Positions 13,915 through 24,339 of a DNA stretch of 64,000 bases are shown piece after piece. The stretch covers positions 620,001 to 684,000 of the forward strand of contig NW_026250420.1 of the NCBI RefSeq assembly GCF_024521635.1. Direction: 5' to 3'. Position numbers and translations under genes: made by a program. The DNA comes from Tricharina praecox. Its lineage: Eukaryota. The notes beneath the pieces are model-generated. The model was not told the origin of the DNA. It saw only the letters and a list, made by a program, of their open reading frames with translations, and searched no databases. Position 1 is the first letter of the stretch; every line of letters begins with the position of its first letter.

Positions 13915-14605
13915 ATCATCGCGCCGGTGTTTTTTATTTTATTTATTTCCTTCTTTCTTTTGGCTCGTCCAGGTTTCGCAGCAAGGAAGGGGAGGGTTTC
14001 GTCGATCGGGGTAATGGTGCGCCCTCGAAGATGTGGAGTGATCCGCATCCGTCCTTCGCTAGTCTGCGGATCGGCGCCGACCGTTGCTCCCAACCACGCA
14101 TGACGTCACCATCATCACACTCAAGTTGTGTGATGATCCACTCACGCAACCACACTTCCGATCGCCCGACTTTCCTTTCCTTCCACCTGCTTCTAGCAGT
14201 TTCTCGCACGGCTACACTACATCTCTTGTTGCATATTAGCTCCTGGCCTGGAAACACTGGTTTCTTTCCTATTAATCGGTTCACTCGCATAACGTTCCTA
14301 TGTAAATTTTTCTGTTCTCTTTCTCTTTCTCTTTGTCTTTGCGTTTGGGTTGGGTTTTACCGGTTTCCTTTTTCTGCTGGCCTGCAGCTTTGATTTTACG
14401 CAGCGTGTCACAATAACTTGGCGTTTTGTTTTGATGGGATAATCTGTTTCGAACAAATTCTTTGCTCTTTTTCTTTTTTTCTTTTTTCTCTTCTCTTTGA
14501 AAAGACATGTTGGATCGGATGGGCGATGGTGATAGAATTTTCGGGGTCATCATTAGCTTATGGAGTACTTGTGTTTTACTGTATGATATGATATGATGTA
14601 TGAAT

Positions 14606-14755
14606 ATGAAGGATGAAGGAACACTGAGTTTGCACGGTACGATATTTTGGCGGTGAATGGAGTGAAATTGGTGATGTATGGATATTGTTATGAAGGATGA
14701 AGAGATACCGAGTTTGCACGATACCATATGTTGGCGGTGAATGGAGTGGAATCTA
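14606..14755. repeat. Two diverged tandem copies of a unit of about 84 bp, downstream of the Rpn4-like gene
   Basis: TATGAAGGATGAAG..GAGTTTGCACG..TTGGCGGTGAATGGAGTG occurs twice. Confidence 0.8.
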
Positions 14756-14881
14756 TGATGAGTTGCTCCTGTTTTGATGGCTTTTGTGATAGTGAATCGA
14801 ACGGTGATTTTTGTTCAATCGTCATCGCATTCGACCTTGTTTGCTCATGGTAGTTGCGATTCTGAATGGTGATTTGACGAG

Positions 14882-16050
14882 TTTTTTTTTTGTTTAATCA
14901 TTGATTGCATGCGACCTATCTAGATCATGGCAATATCACCCCGTTCACCCCCCCGTTTCCACGCCACTGTCCAACCCGGCTTGCACCGAGCGGCCCGATG
15001 CGGCTTTCCCTGCCCCCGCCCCGGCCTGTCCCAAAAAAGTAGATACACGGTAAAGACCGAAATGGGCCTGCATGCCCGCCTCTTCCCATCTCTCCTCTCT
15101 CCCCTACGGGCTGATTCGCCCGCTCTTCCCACCTGCCTTCCGTCCCTTCTTTTGAAGGTTTTCCAAATCCTTTAAATGGGCTTGCGTGCCTTTTTCGGCC
15201 TGGCGTTTTTGCTCCCGCCGATGAAGACGGTTACATATACGCCGCCCCTGCCGCGAGCAATATCAGCCCACGACGGGACGCTTCCCTCTCTTCCAAATCT
15301 CATCCCTCTCTTCTCCGCTTTCCCTTTCCGCTTCCTCTCAACCTTCTTCCATCCCTCATCCGTCTCAGTGTCACGAGGTGGAGGCGCTGCGGACACGGCA
15401 GATGCTGGTGGTTCAGGTCGTGTGGAGTCGGACTCCAATCCCCTATGCTCAGATTGCTCATGCGTCGGGGTGGGGGGGGGGGGGGGGGGGTTGGCTCTCG
15501 CCAGCTTCTCCGGTTGGTGCGGGGTGGGCGGCCCCGTCCGTTTCCGTTTCGGCCGCGGAGGTGTTGTCGACGGAGGAGGCGGTAGCGGCTGGGAAGCAGG
15601 CACTGCTTGCGCTTGCGCCCGGAGGTCCCGGTCCTCCTCTGTGAGCTTGTCGATTCGCTCACTCATCGTAGTAATAAGACCCTTAAGGTCCTTCACCTCG
15701 TCTGCTGTCGTATTTGCCACTGACAAATAGTATGTGATAGCTGCTAACCAAGCCCTGATGTCGGTCCGTACGATCGCAAGCTCGGAGCGAAAGTAAGACT
15801 GGATGTTGATCTCAAGAAATGCGAGGAGACTGGCGCGCGACCCTCTTCCTCCATAGGCTGTGATGCTGGTGGAGGGGAGGCGGTGCACTGGCGAGCCAGG
15901 TGCCCGGGCGCCCGCAATTGTGGCAGGTGCGCTGGGACATTCCAAGAGGGGTAGGAATGAAGCCGAATTTTTTTTCGCGATGTTAGAATCAGCGAATAGG
16001 AACACGGCACGCGCGTAGCGTCTTGGCGAAACTAGGATGCGAGAGGGCGG
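14882..16050 (-). mobile_element. Non-LTR retroposon (family 1) carrying an ORF1/gag-like frame only, with poly(A) tail
   Basis: Poly(T) at 14882 on the + strand. The 3' tail is shared with the copies at 19814, 21868 and 23835. TSD TTTGACGAG(T) at 14873-14881 and 16051-16059. The frame 16050-15172 is open and contains a coiled-coil, a Pro-rich segment, GWKKVERKRK and SWADIA, typical of fungal LINE ORF1 N-terminal regions. Confidence 0.75.
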
Positions 16051-16672
16051 TTTGACGAGTGAGTTGAAACAACCAACTCAATGATCCAGTGATAGGTAGA
16101 GTGGGACGAGTGATACACGATGGATGAGAGACAGCACGAACGATTCCAACATGGACACCTTTCCATCGTTACCATTCTATTCCACAGCGCGGTAGTTGCT
16201 CTGGATGGCCAAATAATCCACTTCCGCTGTGACCCGCAGACCCAACTAGACACAGCCCTGAAGCTCCCCGCCTTGGGGTGGGGGGGGGCAGAGATACAGT
16301 CACGTGATTGCGCCGTTTGTGCGTTGGCTTGGACGTGGACGTTGACGTGGGCTTGGGCTTGGGCCTGGGCATAGGCTTGGAGAGGAGGCTGAGTGGGAAT
16401 GAGTGGGTATGAGTCAGTGCCCGAGGCGCCACAGGGCGGGCAGGCAGGCAGGTGGCTGTGCTGGTGCTGGTGCTGGTGCTCCGGCTCGGCGGACTTGCGG
16501 CTGCCGGCGCGAATGGTTGTTCTTACGTTTGTATGTTTGTACATTCGTGCTGGTCTAGTCAGTGATATGTACTCTACCTATGGGGTATTGTCAGTGACTC
16601 TGAGTGATACGTCCGACGCACGCGTGGCAGCTCAGTGTCCAGTGGATGTGGGAACGAGTGTGTTCCTGTGAG

Positions 16673-16763
16673 TGAGTAGTCCACTGGCCATTGTAATTCG
16701 GAGGACCGGTGGTGGGTGCTTGGAATACCTATTCGGTGCGGTAGGGGGGTCCAAGTTTGGGTT

Positions 16764-16805
<42 letters not shown>

Positions 16806-16890
16806 ACATACCTGTAGTTCCTAGACACGAACATACCACTTTTTTTTCACTCTATCTCCATCTCCATCGTTCCAGTGATCACCTCCACGG
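16673..16890. repeat. Dispersed repeat of about 200 bp with internal (CT)n, copy 1 (unclassified)
   Basis: Aligns by eye to 24150-24339 (TAGTCCACT..TTCGGAGGACCGGTGGTGGG..CATCTC.ATCGTTCCAGTGA..ACCTCCACG). Confidence 0.8.
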
Positions 16891-19088
16891 GTGCGTGTGC
16901 TGGCCGCGGTGCAAACGGGATTGGCTATCTACCCGGGTTGATCCGAAGACAGTCCTTCCCATGATGCCTTCATCTCGTCCGGCGCGCTCGGGCCTCCCCG
17001 GAGCGCCGATGGTGATGACGATGTCCTGGCAGTGAGTTGTGGATCGCCAAGGCCAGTCGCGGCATGTAGAGTATATAAACGGCCCGAGCGATCGTAACCC
17101 GGCCCGCCCGCTAGCCAAACGGTCAAGCTTTTTAAGCGCGCTTGGCGGGGTTGGCAATGGGTAGGTGCTCCGCTGTGGAGCTATGCGTCGTTGTGTCGTC
17201 ATCGCTGTGTCGTCCGTGCAGCGTGATGGTCACTGATCAGTACCGGTATCAGTGTAATGTTACATACAGGTTGGAACTTGGGGGTGCAACTCCGTGCAAA
17301 TCTGTGGAACTCTTCACGGAAGAACCCGAGAGTCCAGCTGTGGATCCGGTTGACCTTGAAAGTTGAGATCGGATTTTCTGGCTTTTTCGAGCTTGACCCG
17401 AGACCGGCCAGTTTCAGTCTCAGATGTGCACATTTTGTACTCTGTCGATTTCTCGAAGCTTCGCGAAACCCTCGTCATGGAATCGAGAATGTTTCTCACG
17501 GTGGGCTCAAACATCTCGTTCGTAGGTAGAGTACATCGGATGGCCGAGATCTCGTCATCGGTAACGGATGAATCATGAATACGGGAATACCCGACACTCG
17601 CAATGCCGGTACCTACAGACTACAGTCGATCTTGGGGCTACGGGCTACGGTACCTCCTCCGAGACGATTGGCGGGAAGGATCGCTATTACGTATGTACCG
17701 CCCCGCCATCCGCCGGCTATCGGAGCGGATCGCCCTCGAACCGGATTCCGGAAGATGAGCGAACTGGCTCGAGAGCTGGGAACGTACGTAAAACATGAAA
17801 CCTCCGGTACATAATACCGTAACCCAGGCTGTGCCCGATCCATACGGTCATCGGCTGGCATTCGGTCCAGTTCCAGCACGGTACGGTAGCTGGTAGCATG
17901 GCCGCTTGCGTCGATCCCGATTGTACGCTCGGGACGCCGTGTTTTTAGGCTGCTTAGGCTGCTTAGGCTTCGCGAAGGTGTCTGGGCGCTTGTCATGGTA
18001 TAGCAGTGTGTTTTGAGCGCGGCTACGATGTGTTCTTCCCGCTGGATGTCGTACATATCAGCGGAGGGACTTCTGCTCGGCGGATGATTGAGGTTTTGGC
18101 TTCGTATTGCGGTTTTCCCAGACAATAGTTAATCTGCCCACCGCACGGAAACCATTTCCTTGACCTTGGGTTTCAAGTTCTTTGCGATTTCTCATGTTGA
18201 GCGCAAGTACAGCCAGGAATCCGAGTGATCACATGTGCATGAGGAGCTACCCAAGACGACCACATCAGCGCCCTCCATGTGCTCATTCACCCTCACTATA
18301 AGCAGCCCCACAGGAGCTTGGAAAACAGTCAGTCCATTTATGATACTGGTCAAAGCTCTAAACCCCCTTGCATTAGGATGGTACCATAGAGTAGAAGCAT
18401 AATTCTCGGGAAACACTAATTCCTAAATAGAAACCAACTCGCCAACACGGTGTCCTTCCGACTCGTATGTGAATAAGAACTCGGAGCGACTATGACAGCC
18501 TAGAACTGGGAAAGCACAGATTGCACCAGCAATTTTCTATTGAGGACTACATGTGTGCGGTTCCTCTCCATCTGCTCGAGGGATGATATCGGTAATCTAG
18601 AGCGAGTGATTGTAGCCAGGGTGGCAGTTTCAGTCGACTAGACAGTCTCAAAAACCCAAAGGCTCCGATGAGAGGGGCATACCCCGCTGTTGTCCGTAGT
18701 TCTCGTAACCACAAAGTGGACTTTCAAGCTGGTCTCCATTGGCTCAAGCATGATTTTGTCCGGATTAGCATTTGCGGTTCCAGACTGTAATGGAAGAGAG
18801 CGAGGGGGTATACATTACGGTAGTCAACGCACCTGTTGTGGTATGTAAAAGGTTTCTGCCGGCCAAAGGAGACAATGTGAAGCTTTCCCGTCATGGAGTG
18901 AATTAAGCTCAAGATCATCTTAGGTCGACAGCAACCATCCACATAGACTTTGCGACTCGACTGAACTCTAAGCATGCCAGATCTCCTTCCCAACGATCCG
19001 CACGTAGGCCGTAGCCAAATCTTACTGTGCGGGTGGGATATAAACCCCCCGGATTCCCCGTCCTTCCCTTTCTTCTCCATCACCCACA

Positions 19089-19536
19089 ATGCCTTCCACT
19101 ACCACTACCCCCAACGACCGCCAGTTCTCCTCCGGCCCCCACAACTGGCTATTCTGCCAGGTCAAGGGCGGCTCGGCGAACCACTTCGACGATTCTACAG
19201 CGGGTACTACATTGGGCCGCAGAAGCCGCAGGTAAGTCGCTGTTCTTCCTCTTCTTCCTCTTCGAGTTTTCGCTGACGAATATTCGACACAAAAGAAGAA
19301 GAAGGGTCTATCCGGACTTCTCAGGCGGCTCCGCGCGAAGCCCTCCAAGGAGTGAAGGCGGCAGCTCGAAACGAGTCCGCTGGGGAAATGCGGTGATCCA
19401 CCAAGAAGGTACGTCTTTTTCCCCCGACATCTGGCGAGGGTGCGCGATGCTGACGCTGGCCGAAGTTGGAGATTGCGATACCCACCGCACACCGCCTGCC
19501 ACGCGATTCCGCGTGAGGACTGGCAGATGTGGATGA
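19089..19536 (+). CDS. Candidate small orphan protein, about 108 aa; exons 19089-19231, 19296-19408 and 19466-19536
   Basis: TATAAA at about 19038, a CT-rich leader and CACAATG start context. Two introns with GTAAGT/GTACGT donors, GCTGAC branch points and AAG acceptors keep the frame. No recognised homology. Confidence 0.4.
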
Positions 19537-19630
19537 TTGCAACACATACCGCACACCACATACCCCGCGATTTAGCGTGAGGACTGCCAGAAGTGGAAGA
19601 TTGCGACACACAACCCACACCACACACCAC
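19443..19630. repeat. Three diverged tandem units of about 60-66 bp (CGCGAT..GGACTG..GATTGC.ACAC..CACACC)
   Basis: Read directly. Confidence 0.7.
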
Positions 19631-19813
19631 ACATGACCACGCGATTCGGCGCGGATGGGATTCGGGCTGGTGGAAAGTCCTCGAGTCGGGGACGGAAGGT
19701 TTTGGGTGGATAGCAGTTACGGTTTTCTCACAATGTCATGAGTTTTTTCTGTCAGGCCTTGGTATCTACTACATTACCAAGCGCATCCAACCCTACCAAT
19801 GGCCAAAGTCGCC

Positions 19814-19983
19814 TTTTTTTTTTTGTTTAATCATTGATTGCATGCGATCTGCCTACTCTACTTAGGTAGATCATGGCAATATACACAAATACAATACACA
19901 ATCTGTTTCCACGCCACTATCAAACCCAACCGTTCATCGAGCGGCCCGATGTGTCTTCCCCTGCCATGCGCCCTAGCCTGTGT
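19814..19983 (-). mobile_element. 5'-truncated non-LTR 3' tail (family 1) with poly(A)
   Basis: T11-GTTTAATCATTGATTGCATGCGA..TAGATCATGGCAATA..TTCCACGCCACT..GAGCGGCCCGATG matches 14882-15030. No clear TSD found. Confidence 0.8.
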
Positions 19984-21867
19984 GCTGTTGTAATATCTCA
20001 CTCGTTGCTTAGTTGCTTACGCGGTCATGACGGCGGGAAGTACTAGCCGCCTACCACCCCTCTTTTCTGTATTCTCTCGTGGCTTTCAGACTTACAATAT
20101 AATAATAATACAATACTTGTTCACACATTCAAACATGTGCTCTGTGCTGTGCGCCGTGTGATATCTTGTGAGCGGCCGGGGTTCCAAGCTAACACACGCT
20201 CAAGCAGCGATGCGCCCTGGCAAAGTATTGCATAGCAGAGTACAGCCTGTGGCGGTGGCAGTGGTGGTAGATCTCGGTCAAGTTCCGATGGCTCCCCTGC
20301 GAGCTGGCCGTCCTGGACTCCTGGACTCCACCAGTGTCGTACGCAATGTCTCACAGCTAAGTTACTGGCTGATACTACAGGTATATACCTGTACATACCT
20401 GTGTGACTCCTCGAGCTGAAATCTTGTCTCATCGCGCAGTGCGCACTAATCGCCAAGGGGCTGGAGTCTGGAGTCTGGACGTCGCTGACGGGCGCGAGCT
20501 CAAGATAGCTTTTAGAGTCAAAAACTCAACATTATGGTTTTGAGTTTAGCACACTTGTCGATTTATAGAGTATAGACACGTACACAGCAAGGAGACTTCG
20601 ACTGCATGACCACAGTGTAATCTAGATTTACGACTTTGCGGGAATGCAGCAGTTTTTAGAGTTCATCTCCAGGACGGTGGTAAACTACCTGGCTATCGCT
20701 GTGAGCGCCCATCTGGCCCGTGGGCTGGACGTCGACTCGAAGTCTCATACAATGCATACCGACCTACAAGCACTACCGGTATGCCGGCCAATCACGTAGT
20801 GCTAGTCGAATAGAAACTGTAAACACGGAGGCCCTCACTACAGCTGCAGATCTTTCCAGGAGAAGGACAACCACCCATGACCGATGCAGCCTGAAGGCGC
20901 AGTTGTGCCCGCTAACAGCGAGTATCCTGCTCTTTCCAAAGGTGGGTATCGACAAGGAGGGGCGTACATAGAAGTGCCGGCCATGTGGTTGCCTAGCCAA
21001 GAGTACCTGGTTGATCAACCTCAAGACAGAATCGGTGGTTGGCAAACGTGTCTGTGGGTGGGAATAAGTAAGTGATGGAGGTGACGAGTCTTTTGACCCG
21101 CCTGTATGTATGCAGAAGTTGACTATCTACCGGCGTCAATGAGGCCTTCAAGCAGCTGAACACCTACTCTTGGTCATCGCACATCACTCGGCCATTCACC
21201 CGGTCGGCAAGTTTGTTTGGTCGTGCGAGATAAACACGTACGGTAAAGAAGCCAAACTATATATCCACTGGCCACAAAGGGCCGCCCAACGGGACTCGTT
21301 TCCCTTCTGCCGACACACCACATGCTTATCTTTATCCTCGGATCCAAGTTTCACGGATGGGCCCAGTTAGTGGTAGCCGATAACTTCGCCTATCCTTCGA
21401 CGTGCTGGCCAACTACCTACCATAGATCCCCCAGATCTGCACATAACTGTCTCGTATTCACTCCCATGGCAGCTCTATGTACTTCTGCCCTTCTCTAGTT
21501 TTAGTGCGATCCGTTACTTCGGCTTTCGAGCGGAGCTAGTTTACCTAGTCACTAAAATCCAGTATTGTAACGAGTAACGAGTCTCGCCGCCCCGACCGGA
21601 GTTGATCCGAAAAGGCTAACATGTGATGGACACCGCCAGCCGGAACGTCCGGTTCGAAAAGATGATGTGCAGACGCATGCACGGAGCGGGCAAGAGATTT
21701 TTCAGGGTGTCCAGCACCTCCACCGGCGCTAGACTGGTAAAAGCCGGGTTTGGATTTTGGGGCTATCATAGATCTCAAAGAACACGGTGGTCGTGGTCGT
21801 GATGTATCTACGGAGCTCTGCTATCCCCTACATGTCCGGCGCATGTAAATTTGTTGCACCTCACTAC

Positions 21868-21976
21868 TTTTTTGTTTGTTTCATCATCGTAGCATTCGAC
21901 CTTGACAGATCATGGCTGTATACACACATTCGGCTCCACCCCACTGTCTCCGACCGCTGGCCGCGAGCTCGATGTG
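21868..21976 (-). mobile_element. Short diverged non-LTR 3' tail (family 1-related)
   Basis: T-rich end and AGATCATGGC core. Perfect 15-bp TSD GTTGCACCTCACTAC at 21853-21867 and 21977-21991. Confidence 0.75.
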
Positions 21977-22570
21977 GTTGCACCTCACTACCTAAGTTGG
22001 CCTAATCTGGACCGATACAGAAAGGTTGTAAACGAGTGATATCAAAAAGCATTCGGCGAGTGGGGTCTTCCGCAGAGCAACTTGTGTAAGTTGGCAGAAA
22101 CAGGCTCTCTACCATCATGTATCTAGCGGCGTACATTCCCACTTCCCTCCGCCCGAAGCTTCTCTAAACATTTGGCAGTGTAGTAGTGGAGTCCGCCGCC
22201 GGTGTAGTAGTATCTGCCGGTGGCCTGTCTGCAATATCATTGCTTGTTTGTGACTTGAGTCCCGGCCCCACAACCTCTATATCAGCGCTGTTGCTCATCT
22301 ATCTAGTATTGGCACCGAGAATGTTTGAAGTACTGTGGGTCAGCGGCGGCGACGGCGACTGTCATGGTAGCAACCGTGACTGGTAGCAACCGTGACCGTG
22401 ACTGCTACCAGCACAGCTGCAACCAGACTAATCGAGATAGTGAGCCGCGTGGTTGTGTAGACGCACTGCCGCCTCCCAATCGGGCATACTTTGCAGTGCA
22501 ATAAATGTACACACGCCCCCGAAATATAGGGATAGTCCCGAGGGTGGGGCACTGCGAACCGGCGTTGTTG

Positions 22571-22787
22571 GGAAATAAAGAATTCCCTTGGAAAACAAAG
22601 CATTCCCTTGGAAAGCAGAGCATTCTCCTGGAAAACAGAGAATTTCCTTGGAAAACAGGGCATTCCCTTGGAAAACAGAGCATTCCCTCGGAAAGTAGAA
22701 TATTCTCCTAGAAAACAGATAGTTTCCTTGGAAAACAGAGCATTCCCTTGGAAAACAGAGAATTCCCTTGGAAAACAAAGAATTCCC
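22571..22787. repeat. 20-bp minisatellite (CATTCCCTTGGAAAACAGAG), about 11 copies
   Basis: Strict 20-bp period read directly; no unique spacers. Confidence 0.95.
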
Positions 22788-23834
22788 GGCCCGTTGGCTC
22801 TTGGTCCGGAGGGTACGAAACAGTCCGTCCATGGGGAGCGGTGAGTGGCATCCGATGACTTGCAGCCATGAAATTTTCAGCGGCACAGAAGAGACCGATC
22901 TCGGAGCCCCAATTGAATGCCGAGTAAGCTTTCCCAGCGCTTGCATGAGCTACAATATGTACCGGCAGATGTCGATTTCCCATCGCTGGTATATCCGCAC
23001 CCGTCCAACTACATAGGTACCCCACCTCCGAATAAAGGCCATGTTGGGACGTACATATGTAACTACCTTGGTCCTCAGCAATATGTCTCGAATTCCACGG
23101 CTTCTCTGAAGCAGTCAATGCAACCGGCCAGTGCGTTGGGTCGTCGCTGTTGGTGGTCGCCAATTCGCGCACAACCCCTCACCCTCCCCCCACCAGCGGT
23201 AGTTACTGCTGATTGCTGACCGCTGAAACCCACACTCATCATGGGGCATCACTTGCATTGGGGAGTGATATAGGGAGCTGCATATAGGCCGCACTGCACA
23301 CTGAGGATGGAGGTCAACTATAGTACTATATGTAGGACTCACTTCTCGAGAATGGCCTTAGTTACCTGGGGGGTGATCCTCCCCCCTGTCAGCGTCGTAT
23401 CGGCCGTCTACTAACTAGTGGCGTGGTGCGCGCCGAGTACGTACGGTAGTTAGCCTTGCCGACAGCGGGACGGGGGATAGTTAAGGCGAACGGAGGGCGA
23501 GGACCTATAGTAAATATTACATATACATACGGCCTAGGATGGAGGAGCAGGTGACGGTCGTCGGTAGAATTTCGGGGCTGACACTCAGCGATCCGTAAGC
23601 GGTCATAGGTAGTTCACTACGTGGCTCGTTCGGTGTTGCACGGAATGTTGAGAGTCCGGTGAGGGGGTGGGAGGTGAGAGAGTGAGAGACTGGACACTGG
23701 AAGGAGCGATATCTATTTGGTTAGTTATGGAGCTCTGCGGTTGGCACGGAGCTTTCCCCTTCTGAGAGCAAGGCGTTGCACGGTGAGAGAGAGAGAAAAC
23801 ATTCAATTTGGTTATATTATGTTCCACGGTGAGC

Positions 23835-24101
23835 CTTTTATTGTGTTTAATCAGTAATTGCCTGCGATCTAAGTAGATCATGGCAATATATGTACACACT
23901 CCGGTTCCACGCCACTGTCCAACCCGAGTTTTATCAAGCGGCCCGATGTGACTTTCCCTGCCCTCCGTCCCGGCCTGTCCTAGCAATGAAGATAGAGCGC
24001 ACCAAGGAAATGACACTAGGAAAAGACGAATACCGCTGTCTCTCCCTACTCCGCCCCGCCTCCTGCCTCTTAATCAGGAGATGCAATGAAAGAAGGTGTA
24101 G
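23835..24101 (-). mobile_element. 5'-truncated non-LTR insertion (family 1), 267 bp
   Basis: Tail homologous to 14882-15030. Perfect 15-bp TSD TGTTCCACGGTGAGC at 23820-23834 and 24102-24116. Confidence 0.82.
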
Positions 24102-24149
24102 TGTTCCACGGTGAGCATTCCACTTCAGCATGTGAGAATTAGCTCCTGA

Positions 24150-24339
24150 TGAATAGTCCACTAGCCTTTCGGAGGACCGGTGGTGGGAGTTTGGAATATT
24201 TAATGCGGTAGGTGGTTCAAGTTTGGTTTCCTCTCTCTCTCCCTCTCTCTCCCTCTCCCTTGTAGCTGCAGCCCCTAGGCCCGAATATACCACTTCACTT
24301 CACTCCATCTCGATCGTTCCAGTGAATTACCTCCACGAG
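24150..24339. repeat. Dispersed repeat of about 200 bp, copy 2 (see 16673-16890)
   Basis: Same-orientation similarity to 16673-16890. Confidence 0.8.

Noticed and set aside
14806..14853. Possible additional family-1 tail remnant
   Set aside because: Resembles the 21868 copy, but it is very short, the stem is broken and there is no TSD.
17200..18970. Complex, coding-looking minus-strand sequence with scattered splice signals
   Set aside because: Frames are broken by stops and I recognise no family. It may be a decayed gene; tBLASTx would be needed.
20500..21800. Possible degenerate gene fragments
   Set aside because: No consistent exon chain or recognisable motif.
22571..22787. Possible CRISPR array
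   Set aside because: Contiguous tandem units without unique spacers, in a eukaryotic context with no cas genes.
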